This document shows positions 49,412-57,964 of a DNA stretch of 64,000 nucleotides, one piece after another. Source of the DNA: Phycisphaerae bacterium. GTDB lineage: Bacteria > Planctomycetota > Phycisphaerae > UBA1845 > Fen-1342. The notes beneath the pieces are model-generated. The model saw nothing but the letters and a program-made list of their open reading frames with translations. It was not told the origin of the DNA and made no database searches. The DNA lies in contig JASFQK010000019.1 of the NCBI GenBank assembly GCA_050115495.1, positions 1-64,000 of the forward strand. The letters are read 5' to 3'. The position numbers and the translations under genes are program-made. Every line of letters begins with the position of its first letter. Within the stretch, counting starts at the first letter, position 1.

Positions 49412-50289
49412 TGACCGACCGCGCCCGGTGCCGGCTGCGGCGATGTGCCAGGCCGCCGGCGTATCCCACGAAGCTCGAAGTTCTGGCATTGCCGAGGCTG
49501 CTCAAAGCGCACCAGCCGCCGGCGTGGATGGCGAATGGTACGATTCTGGCGGCCACGAGCGCCTTTCTGGCGGCCAATGTCGCCGGCTGTCACAGTCCGG
49601 CGCCGACATCCGGAACGCAACCACCGCCACCGAGCAAGGCCCCCGCTATCGTCGCTCCGCTCTTCGAGCACGGCGACGGCCGCGGCTCCGCCGGCTGCGT
49701 CGCGGTCAGCCCGCCGGTGTTCCTTTCCGAGGAAGAGGCGCTCCAAATCATCGTCGAGGAGCTTCAGCCGCACGGGATTGAGCTGTCGGGCCACGACGTC
49801 GAGTTGCCGTCCGTCATCGTGAAGCACAAGGAGTTTCGGCAGGAACAGGATGGCCGGCGCCAGGGTGGCCGATGGGTGCAGTTCGAGGCTCCCTTGCATG
49901 CCGACGGCGTGGATTCCGAGCACCACATCGCCGTCGAGTTCGCCTCCCGGGACGACTTCGACGACCTAGCGGGCCCGTGGTACGCGGAGGGCGTGTACTG
50001 CACGGCGACGTTCTTCGACATGAGGGAGGTCGCCGGCTATGTAGCAGATCAGGCGCGCGGGCGGCCGGAGGGCGTGTACTTCGGCGTGTTCTACGACCCG
50101 CTGGAGGGACGACTGGACTTCGCCGAGTTCCGCCGGCGTTCGCTCGCTGCTAACGGCACGTTGGACCGGCAGCGACATCGGCAGGTCCATGAAGAACTGA
50201 GCGAACAAGGCAAGAACAAGTCCGCGGAACTCCTTCGCCAGCAGGTTCGGGACTTCGTCGAATGGCTCAAGGGACAGGGGGTGATCTGA
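49411..50289 (+). CDS. rSAM-associated putative lipoprotein, paralog 4
   Basis: TGATG overlap. PAYPT leader, VAGC, HGDGRGSAGCVAVSPPVFLSEEEA, GVFYDP, conserved C-terminus. Confidence 0.85.
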   Translation: MTDRARCRLRRCARPPAYPTKLEVLALPRLLKAHQPPAWMANGTILAATSAFLAANVAGCHSPAPTSGTQPPPPSKAPAIVAPLFEHGDGRGSAGCVAVSPPVFLSEEEALQIIVEELQPHGIELSGHDVELPSVIVKHKEFRQEQDGRRQGGRWVQFEAPLHADGVDSEHHIAVEFASRDDFDDLAGPWYAEGVYCTATFFDMREVAGYVADQARGRPEGVYFGVFYDPLEGRLDFAEFRRRSLAANGTLDRQRHRQVHEELSEQGKNKSAELLRQQVRDFVEWLKGQGVI

Positions 50290-50291
50290 TT

Positions 50292-51170
50292 GTGGCGAGG
50301 CTGGGGGTGAGACCGATTCGACGTTCGTCGTGGCCGGCGTATCCGACGGCGCTGCAGGTCAGGGCCCGGCCCGGCCTGCGGCGGCGGCACCAGCCGGCGG
50401 CGGGGCGGGCGAATCGCGAACTGGCCGTGGCCGCCGGCCTGCTCGCTTCGGCCCAACTCGCCGGCTGCGACCGGTCGGCGGCGACCCCACGCTCCGCCAC
50501 GCTCGGTCCCGAAGCGCCCGCCGTGGTCGCTCCGCTCTTCCTCCATGGCAAGGGCCGCGGGGCGGAGGGCTGCGTCGTCATGACGCCGCCGACCTTCCTG
50601 TCCGAAGAAGAGGCGCGACAGATCATTAGTGAAGAGCTGGCCCGTAGCGGCATAGAAGCCACGCAAGAGGATGTCGAATTCGCGGAGGTTCGCGTGCCGC
50701 GGCGGTACATCCGGTACTCGTGTGATGAGGACCGGAGCAACCTGCAGAGAAACATCGTTGAGAGCGTCGAGGAAGCTCAAGTCCTCTCCGTGGACTTCGT
50801 GGACGTAGAGCATCAAGTCGCAGTTGAGTTCGTTTCCTTCGACGATTTCCACGGCGTCGGCGGTCCCATCGACGGCTCGACGCTCGTTGTATACGACTTG
50901 AGAGAAACGGCGTCCTACCTGCGCTCGCAGGTGGAGAGTACCACCACCGGTACCTACATCGGCATCTTCTACGATCCGGCGACAGACCCGAGCCAGTTTA
51001 CCAGGTGGGCCGAACTCGACGGTCCACCCAGCGTAACCACTGCCCTCAAACGGACCTTCCAGAGACACGACGACGAGCGCGAGCAACTGGCGGCAGAAGA
51101 GGCCGAGCGGCTTCTCCGCCAGCAGGTTCGGGATTTCATCGAATGGCTCAAGGGCCAGGGGGTGATTTGA
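50292..51170 (+). CDS. rSAM-associated putative lipoprotein, paralog 5
   Basis: GTG 2 nt after the previous stop. PAYPT leader, LAGC, HGKGRGAEGCVVMTPPTFLSEEEA, GIFYDP, LLRQQVRDFIEWLKGQGVI*. Confidence 0.85.
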   Translation: MARLGVRPIRRSSWPAYPTALQVRARPGLRRRHQPAAGRANRELAVAAGLLASAQLAGCDRSAATPRSATLGPEAPAVVAPLFLHGKGRGAEGCVVMTPPTFLSEEEARQIISEELARSGIEATQEDVEFAEVRVPRRYIRYSCDEDRSNLQRNIVESVEEAQVLSVDFVDVEHQVAVEFVSFDDFHGVGGPIDGSTLVVYDLRETASYLRSQVESTTTGTYIGIFYDPATDPSQFTRWAELDGPPSVTTALKRTFQRHDDEREQLAAEEAERLLRQQVRDFIEWLKGQGVI

Positions 51171-51172
51171 AT

Positions 51173-52306
51173 ATGCACCTGACGCTGCACCTGACGACGG
51201 CCTGCAACATGCGGTGCTCGTACTGCTATGCGCCGCCCAGGGACGGGGCGCCCATGAGCGAGGACGTCGCCCGCGCCGCCGTCGATCTCGGGGCCCGCCT
51301 GTCCACCGGCTCGTGCGGCATCGTCTTCTTCGGCGGCGAGCCGCTGCTGTGCAAGGAGCGCATCGCCGACACCGTCGCCTACGCCCGCCGGCGGGAACGC
51401 GACGGTGACCAGCGCTACCACTTCAAGATCACGACGAACGGCCTGGCCCTTGACGATGACTGGCTGGATTACGCCATCCGCAACGACATCCTCGTCGCCA
51501 TGAGCTTCGACGGCGTGCGGGCGGCACACGACGCGCACCGGCGATTGCCGAACGGCCGCAGCTCGTACGATGTGCTGCTCGCCCGGCTCAAGGCTCTGCT
51601 GGCCGTTCGCCCGTACGCCAGCGTGCTGACCACGGTGAACCCGGACACGGCCCAGTACCTGGCCGAGTCGATCGAGCTGCTCATCGACCTCGACGTGCGC
51701 TACCCCATCGTCTCGCCGAACTACGCCGGCGACTGGACCGAAGCCGACTTCCGCGTGCTCCAGAAGCAGTACCAGCGGCTCGGCCGGCGTTACATCGAGT
51801 GGACGCGGGCTGGGCGCAAGTTCTACCTCAGCCCGTTCGAGGTGAAGCTGTCGTCGCACATCAACCGGCACTGCTGGCAGAAGGAGCGCTGCGAACTGGC
51901 CCAGCGGCAGATCTCCGTCGACCCGCAGGGCTACCTGTTCCCGTGCGTGCAATTCCCGCGGGCCGGGAAGGACAGCCGCTGGTGCATCGGCCACGTCTCG
52001 ACCGGGATCGACGAAACGGCGCGCCAGGCGCTGCACGATGAATCGGAGGCGGAGAAGGAAACCTGTCGCGGCTGCGCTCTAGCCGACCGTTGCCACAACA
52101 CCTGCGGCTGCCTGAACTGGCAGACGACCGGCACGGTCAACGGCATCTCGCCGGTGCTCTGCCGCCACGAGCAGATGCTGATCCCCATCGCCGACCGCGT
52201 GGGCGAGAAGCTGTACAAGAAGCGGGACCCGCTGTTCCTGCACAAGCACTACAACTCGGCGTACCCGGTACTGTCGCTGCTGGAAGATGTGCTGGTGAAG
52301 AAATGA
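51173..52306 (+). CDS. Radical SAM/SPASM domain protein (putative protein/peptide maturase)
   Basis: CNMRCSYC (CxxxCxxC), FFGGEPLL, TTNG, SFDG. SPASM: C..GYLFPC, CRGC-x5-C-x3-CGC..C. Confidence 0.93.
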   Translation: MHLTLHLTTACNMRCSYCYAPPRDGAPMSEDVARAAVDLGARLSTGSCGIVFFGGEPLLCKERIADTVAYARRRERDGDQRYHFKITTNGLALDDDWLDYAIRNDILVAMSFDGVRAAHDAHRRLPNGRSSYDVLLARLKALLAVRPYASVLTTVNPDTAQYLAESIELLIDLDVRYPIVSPNYAGDWTEADFRVLQKQYQRLGRRYIEWTRAGRKFYLSPFEVKLSSHINRHCWQKERCELAQRQISVDPQGYLFPCVQFPRAGKDSRWCIGHVSTGIDETARQALHDESEAEKETCRGCALADRCHNTCGCLNWQTTGTVNGISPVLCRHEQMLIPIADRVGEKLYKKRDPLFLHKHYNSAYPVLSLLEDVLVKK

Positions 52307-52821
52307 GCGTGCACACGGTGGTGGGGACGGCGCTGCGGCTGACCCGCCGGACGGTCATCGTGCTGCTGTTCCTGGCTGCGCTGGCGACGCTGGGGACGGG
52401 CATCGTCAGCTACTGGCAGGGCATTCCCGGCGACACGTTGTGGATCAACACCGAGGATGAACAGCCCCGCGTATACGTGGCGATGATCCGCGGCGACCTG
52501 CACGCCGTGTACTCCCGGCCGAGCAACGCCGGGGCGTCGCGGTACCGGCAGGATCTCGGGCCGTTCATGTACAAGCACGTGGGCATCGGCAGCATCGACG
52601 CGGTCGGCGTGAGTCTGCCGTTCTGGTCGCTGTTCGCCGTGCTGCTCTTCATCCCCCTGCTGGCCTTTGTCAGCGGCCCGGTCCGCCGGTGGCGATGGCG
52701 CCGGCAGGGCCGCTGCCTCCACTGCGGCTACAACCTGACCGGCCTGGCGGAGCTGCGCTGCCCGGAGTGCGGGCAGCCGTTCAAGCCGCGGTCGGCTTCC
52801 GCAACAGCCGATAAGCAGTAG
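52303..52821 (+). CDS. Membrane protein with C-terminal Zn-ribbon
   Basis: ATGA overlap with the rSAM stop. Two TM segments, then RRWRWRRQGRCLHCGYNLTG..RCPECG. Confidence 0.8.
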   Translation: MSVHTVVGTALRLTRRTVIVLLFLAALATLGTGIVSYWQGIPGDTLWINTEDEQPRVYVAMIRGDLHAVYSRPSNAGASRYRQDLGPFMYKHVGIGSIDAVGVSLPFWSLFAVLLFIPLLAFVSGPVRRWRWRRQGRCLHCGYNLTGLAELRCPECGQPFKPRSASATADKQ

Positions 52822-53042
52822 ATCCGCCGGCCGGGGCATCGTCCGCGGCACTCCGGGCGCGAGCGACTTCGGACCCGGCGTGCTTGTCGGCGGCGGGGGG
52901 CGGTAGAATAGTGCGGCTCGTCCGAGCCTCTCGACGCCGAGGGGGCGGCGGCGGCTGAAGAGTCGATGACGCCGGGAGTCGGCGTCCGGACGATGAACCT
53001 GCCTGAGTACAGCTACATCCTGAACGAGAAAGGGAAGTCGTA

Positions 53043-53591
53043 GTGACCCTGCAACTGCTCGCCATATGCGTGCTCATTGTCATCGCGCGCATCGCCGACG
53101 TTTCGCTCGGCACCATTCGCACCATCTGCGTCGTCCAGGGACGGGCGGCGCTCGCCTGGGTGCTGGCTTTCATGGAGATCCTCATCTGGATCTTCGTCGT
53201 GTCGAGAGTGATCACGAACCTGGATACGCCGGCCTACGCCATCGCCTATGCGCTCGGCTACGCCACGGGCAACTTCGTCGGCATCACGCTGGAGAAACGC
53301 CTCGCCTTCGGCCGGCAGGTGGTACGCATCTTCACGCGGGCGGCCGGGACCGTGCCCCGGCTGCGCGAGCTGGGCTATCGCGTCACCGAATTCACGGGCC
53401 GCGGCCGCGACGGCGCGGTCGAACTGCTGTTCATCGAGACCACCCGGCGGGAGGCACCGCGCCTGCTGGAATGCGCCGCCGAAGCTGACCCGCAGTGCTA
53501 CTACCTGGTGGACGACATCCGCCTGGCGGCCAACCCGGCGGCCCTGCGCCAGCGCTCCACCGGCTGGTGGGGCGTGTTCAAGAAGAAGTAG
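53043..53591 (+). CDS. UPF0316/DUF5698-DUF2179 membrane protein
   Basis: ARIADVSLGTIRT, EILIW, YALGYATGNFVGI.LE, LRELGYRVT..G.G. Confidence 0.88.
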   Translation: MTLQLLAICVLIVIARIADVSLGTIRTICVVQGRAALAWVLAFMEILIWIFVVSRVITNLDTPAYAIAYALGYATGNFVGITLEKRLAFGRQVVRIFTRAAGTVPRLRELGYRVTEFTGRGRDGAVELLFIETTRREAPRLLECAAEADPQCYYLVDDIRLAANPAALRQRSTGWWGVFKKK

Positions 53592-53672
53592 ACATAACGT
53601 GTGGCGAACGATGGCGGCGTCCCCCCGGAGGCAAACCGGCTCCGGGGGACCGGGTGCGCGCGGGCAACGGTC

Positions 53673-54575
53673 TCACCGCCACCGACAATGCACGATGGTC
53701 ATGACCCGTAGCAGACGGTTCGCCCAGATCATGAGCCGCGTCGACGTGGGGATCTTTCCCAAACGCAGGCCGCGGAAGTACTCGAACTGCTCAACCAACG
53801 TGAGGTTCGCCCCCCACTGATCGAGAGCGCGTGCATCCTTCAACGCCCACTGAATGACCGCGGCTTCCATGCCCGCCTGGCGGAGCATCGCGTTGGCCTT
53901 TTCGGCACCGCGCGGCGATATCGCATCGAAGACGATCTCCGCGCCCGGGAAAGCCGTCCCCATCCGGCGTAGCAGCGACATTGCCTCGTCCTGCCGGAAG
54001 TAGCACAGCACGCCCCCCGCCACGAACAACAGCGCCGTGCGATCGCCCAGGTCCTGCCCCATCCACGCATCGTCCAGCAGGGAAGCCGCCAGGCAACGGG
54101 ACCGCTCCGTCTCCGGAATCACGTGTCGCCGAAGCGCGATAACTTCCGGCAGGTCCAGATCGATCCACCGTACGCGGCCGTTGTCGACCCTGGCGAACGT
54201 CGTGTCCAGGCCCGCTCCGAGATTCACCACGGTGCCCGCCGGGTGGCGAGCCAGAAACGCCCGGATCTTCTCGTCGAACTGCCGCGCCCGCGCCGCCCAA
54301 CTGATGTTCTTCGAGTAGTCCAGTGTGGCCTGGAGCCGCGAGAAGTCGTACTTGAGCCGGCGAATGATCTCGACGGCCTGCTGGTCCGACAGGACGGGGC
54401 TGCCGGCCAGACACAACTGCGCCCGCCCCCACAGAGGAAGCAGCAGCGTCTCCGGAACGTCGCAGAGCGCGATCTCGACCCCGTCCACAGCCGTCTCCGT
54501 TGTCTTGTTACCGCCGAGTGTATTCACCGCGCTCTCGGCGGATTGTGCCTCGCCGAACGGGCGCAGGCGCCTCAC
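53673..54575 (-). CDS. Class I SAM-dependent methyltransferase (LCM/TcmP-like)
   Basis: VPETLLLPLWGRA, VVNLGAGLDT, DLDLPEV. The GTG start overlaps the upstream stop; start uncertain. Confidence 0.85.
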   Translation of the reverse strand: MRRLRPFGEAQSAESAVNTLGGNKTTETAVDGVEIALCDVPETLLLPLWGRAQLCLAGSPVLSDQQAVEIIRRLKYDFSRLQATLDYSKNISWAARARQFDEKIRAFLARHPAGTVVNLGAGLDTTFARVDNGRVRWIDLDLPEVIALRRHVIPETERSRCLAASLLDDAWMGQDLGDRTALLFVAGGVLCYFRQDEAMSLLRRMGTAFPGAEIVFDAISPRGAEKANAMLRQAGMEAAVIQWALKDARALDQWGANLTLVEQFEYFRGLRLGKIPTSTRLMIWANRLLRVMTIVHCRWR

Positions 54576-56758
54576 TCTCCGTGGTACTTCAACACCGTGT
54601 CCAGCACCCGGTAACGACTGTGCACGTCCGAGCGTAACGACTGTGGCGACACGTTCGAGCCCTGGCCGACGCGCCGGAGATTCTCCGCCGCCAGGTCGGC
54701 GGCCGCATGATAGAGCTCGAGCGCCCGCGCCTCGCAGTTCGTCGCTCCGAGCACGAGCAGTCGCTCCGCCAATTGCAGATGCACGTGGGCCGCGGCGCCC
54801 AGCGCGTACTTGGAGACCCAGGTGCCGTCCGACTGCTTGCGCTCGGCGTCGAGACGATGGCAGTCGATCAGCGCTCGCGCCGGTGCGTCCAGTGCCGCCG
54901 CGTCGGCCACGCCGTAGCAGGCGTTGAACAGCGCCTCGTACGCGCCGGTCCAGTACGGATGACCGGCCTCCAGCGACGAAGCACGCAGATACTCGATCGC
55001 CCGCTCGGCCGCGCGACGGGCGTCCTCATGGTGCTGGCAATGGCGAGAGAGCTTCTTCGCCAGCGAAGCGTGGTGGTCGCCAAGATTGCTCTGGTGTCTC
55101 CGTTGGGTGGCCGCGTCCGCCCGGTCCGACGAGTCGCCGAAGTAGCCGCCCGAGGCGCCCGTGCGCAGCGCGTTCTCAGTATTGCTGATAGCCTGCCGGT
55201 TCTTGTCGATCGCCTCGGTGTCCCGCTCGGTCACCGTGAACGTGCAGGTGACCTGCTGCGGGGCGACGCGCGGGATATCGACCGGCGTGAAGGTGATCGT
55301 GAACGTGCCCTGCTTCACCGGGATGGACGCCCGGAACTCCGCGGAGGTCGTGTCCGGCCGCACGTCGCCCCACAGGTAGAACGTCCGGCCGGCGGCCACT
55401 TCGGCCTTGATGTGATACAGCCCGGGCGGCAGATTCGACGGCAGCACCGGGATCTTCACGACACAAGCCAACCCTTCCCCATCCAGGTTGCGTTCGGTCA
55501 GCGCGCCCGCCTCGGGACGGTCCACCACAAGCTGGCAGACGGGTTCCTCGCGTCGCGCCGACGCACCGGCGGGGCTGAACGTTACGGCGGATGAGGTGAC
55601 CCGCTCGCCCCCCGGCAGCAACACGTCGTACGCGATCTCATACGTGCCGGCGAACCCCGCGTCCTCGCTGACCGTCAGATAGAACGGTCCTTCACGCTGC
55701 ACCGGCGGCGCTTCCTGCGCACCTTCCGGCTCCATCGCCGCGGCCATCCCGGGGTGCATCTCGAGCGTGACGTCGGGCCGGCGCAGGGCGATGTCGTATC
55801 CGGGCTCGATGTACGCCACCTGTCGCGGGCCCGGGAACCGGTCCCATGGCGAGCGCATCTGCTCGCTCGGGCCGACCGTGACGCGCGTCACGCGAACCGT
55901 TGCCGCCGCTCCGGCGGTCTCCTCGAACTCAACGTAGAACCGCCAGACGATACGGCGCGACGGCGCCAGGCCACTCGGCTCTGACGATTCCACGCCGACG
56001 ATCCGCGTAATCACTTCCGGCCGCGCATCGGTCGCTGGCGGCGTCGCCGGCGGCTGCGGGTCGGGCGGCTGGGCAGCTTCCGGCGATTGTGCCGCTTCCG
56101 CCGCGTCTTCCTGTCGACCGCGAGCCACGGCAATCCGCTCGACCAGCCGCGCTTTTTCGTCTGCCAGCCGCGCCGCGTACTCGGTCAACTGCGTCTGGTG
56201 CAGGGTCATCAGCCGGATCCCCGGGCGCAGGACGTTCTGCACGTGCATCCCCCACTGGTGCACGTTTCGCTGGACCGATTCCACGTCCTGGTAGTACCGG
56301 GGCGAGTCCTCGCCCTCGACCGGCAGTCCGTCCCGCAGCAACCGATCGTTCAACTCGTCGATGATGCGCTGACGCCGCCGCGGGTAGTTGTTCTGGAAAT
56401 CGAAGTAGTCATCAATGTTGGCCAACGCTCGGTCCAGCGGGTGCCACCCGCTCGGCTGGTTCTCGTAGTACCGCCGCCGCGCTTCTTCCAATTCCGTCAG
56501 CGGTTGCAGGAACCTGTTGCCGGCGGCGATAAGCGACTCGTCCGTCCTGGCCTCGTTCTTCGCGTTCTCCAGATTGGTGGCCAGATCGCGAAGAGACTGC
56601 TGAACCCGCTCCCGCTCCTTCTTCAGCAAGGCGAGCTCTTTCTGCAAAGCGTCGATCTGCTCCGGCGGCTGGCGGTCGTCCGCTGTGACGGCCATCGGCA
56701 TCGCCGCCGCCAGAACGGCCAGCGTGATCCAGGTGCGTGAACGTGCAAGGAACATCAT
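54572..56758 (-). CDS. Large secreted hypothetical protein (coiled-coil N-terminus, beta-rich middle, helical/TPR-like C-terminus)
   Basis: GGAGG RBS, ATGA overlap with the ankyrin gene, signal peptide, heptad-rich segments. Confidence 0.7.
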   Translation of the reverse strand: MMFLARSRTWITLAVLAAAMPMAVTADDRQPPEQIDALQKELALLKKERERVQQSLRDLATNLENAKNEARTDESLIAAGNRFLQPLTELEEARRRYYENQPSGWHPLDRALANIDDYFDFQNNYPRRRQRIIDELNDRLLRDGLPVEGEDSPRYYQDVESVQRNVHQWGMHVQNVLRPGIRLMTLHQTQLTEYAARLADEKARLVERIAVARGRQEDAAEAAQSPEAAQPPDPQPPATPPATDARPEVITRIVGVESSEPSGLAPSRRIVWRFYVEFEETAGAAATVRVTRVTVGPSEQMRSPWDRFPGPRQVAYIEPGYDIALRRPDVTLEMHPGMAAAMEPEGAQEAPPVQREGPFYLTVSEDAGFAGTYEIAYDVLLPGGERVTSSAVTFSPAGASARREEPVCQLVVDRPEAGALTERNLDGEGLACVVKIPVLPSNLPPGLYHIKAEVAAGRTFYLWGDVRPDTTSAEFRASIPVKQGTFTITFTPVDIPRVAPQQVTCTFTVTERDTEAIDKNRQAISNTENALRTGASGGYFGDSSDRADAATQRRHQSNLGDHHASLAKKLSRHCQHHEDARRAAERAIEYLRASSLEAGHPYWTGAYEALFNACYGVADAAALDAPARALIDCHRLDAERKQSDGTWVSKYALGAAAHVHLQLAERLLVLGATNCEARALELYHAAADLAAENLRRVGQGSNVSPQSLRSDVHSRYRVLDTVLKYHGE

Positions 56759-57774
56759 GGCGTACCTCCCGTCGGCGCAGCGCCGCCGCGGATCGTCGTA
56801 ACGTCGGGCACGCGACGCACATCGTCGATCGCCCACGCCGTATCCGTGCGTTTGAACCGCCCTTCCAGAATGAACGTCACGTCGCCGACCAGCGAATCCG
56901 CGCCGTACCGGACCGCGGCGGTGGCCGTGGCGGTCAGGCCGCTGACGCTGATCTCTTTGACGGTGAATTCCACCCAGCGCGGAAAGCTCTCCGGCAACTG
57001 CTTGCACCGTTCGGGCGTCAACGTGGCCTTCATGGCCTCGTCCTGGCCGTCGCGGACCGCAGTCAGAAACTCGTTCCAACACTTCTGCACGGCGAGCGTG
57101 TCGCGCGGCGGCTTCGCCTTCTTCGCGGCGGCCTGGAGAATCGGCTGCAGCGGGCTGCCCTCGCTGAGATCGATGGGCGTGACGCCCTGCCGATCCCGTA
57201 GCGACGGATCCGCCCCGGCCCGCAACAGGGCCTGGATAGCGAAGTCCTCCTGGGCGAGCACGGTGAGGTGCAGCGGAGTCACCCCGTCGTTGCAGGTCGC
57301 GTTGACGTCGGCGCCGCACTCCACCAGCGCGTTCAGCGCCGCGACGCGCTGAACGGCCGCCAGATGGAGCGCCGTGCGTCCCTCGTGATCCCGCGCTTCC
57401 AGCAACCGCACATGCAGCGGCGTGGAAGGCGCGTCGAAGATCGACCCGCCCTGCATGACCCCCTTCTTCTCTGTCGTCTTGACCAGCAGGCGAATTACGT
57501 CCGCCTGATTGGCACCGGCGGCATGATGCAGCGCCGTCCACCCATCGCCGTCCCGGGCGAGCACATCGACGCTGCTCTCCAGCGGCATGTCGCCGCCAAG
57601 CAGCGTCCGAAGGGTCGCCATATCGCCGACGGCGGCCGCGGCGTGCAGCGGCGGAAGTTGAGCACTGGCCGGGTCACTCGCCGGCGTGGCGGCCGGCGGC
57701 TCGGCCAGGCTCACCGCTACGAGCCATGCCAGAGCGGCTGCGGCCGCGGTCCGGCACACATTCCGTTTACTCAT
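56755..57774 (-). CDS. Secreted ankyrin-repeat protein
   Basis: Signal peptide. PPLHAAA, GWTALHHAA, GRTALHLAA, GVTPLHL, GVTPIDL. GAGG RBS. Confidence 0.9.
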   Translation of the reverse strand: MSKRNVCRTAAAAALAWLVAVSLAEPPAATPASDPASAQLPPLHAAAAVGDMATLRTLLGGDMPLESSVDVLARDGDGWTALHHAAGANQADVIRLLVKTTEKKGVMQGGSIFDAPSTPLHVRLLEARDHEGRTALHLAAVQRVAALNALVECGADVNATCNDGVTPLHLTVLAQEDFAIQALLRAGADPSLRDRQGVTPIDLSEGSPLQPILQAAAKKAKPPRDTLAVQKCWNEFLTAVRDGQDEAMKATLTPERCKQLPESFPRWVEFTVKEISVSGLTATATAAVRYGADSLVGDVTFILEGRFKRTDTAWAIDDVRRVPDVTTIRGGAAPTGGTP

Positions 57775-57964
57775 GTTTTCACCTCGCTACGGAGGGGCGG
57801 GCCCGCCCCGAAGGACAGTGGTCATGCGACGTGGGCGGCGTAACGTCCGGTAACGGACACTGTCCGACATTGCCGCCACGCCGTGTCGGCATTGTACACC
57901 CTCGATACCCGCTAACAACGTCGCGATGCGTGCAGCGTCGTGGCGCGGGAGCGGAGCTGGACGG

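Noticed and set aside
47785..51170. Five regularly spaced ~57-nt repeats considered as a CRISPR array or attC cassette array
   Set aside because: The repeats are coding 3' ends with synonymous variation, spaced about 800-900 bp and non-palindromic. No cas or integron integrase gene is present.
46924..52306. Diversity-generating retroelement as the source of paralog variation
   Set aside because: No reverse transcriptase and no TR/VR pair with adenine-specific differences in the window. The variation includes indels.
51173..52306. Annotation as anaerobic sulfatase maturase
   Set aside because: Motifs fit the wider SPASM family, but no sulfatase with a CxPxR/SxPxR motif is adjacent, so the specific call is unsupported.
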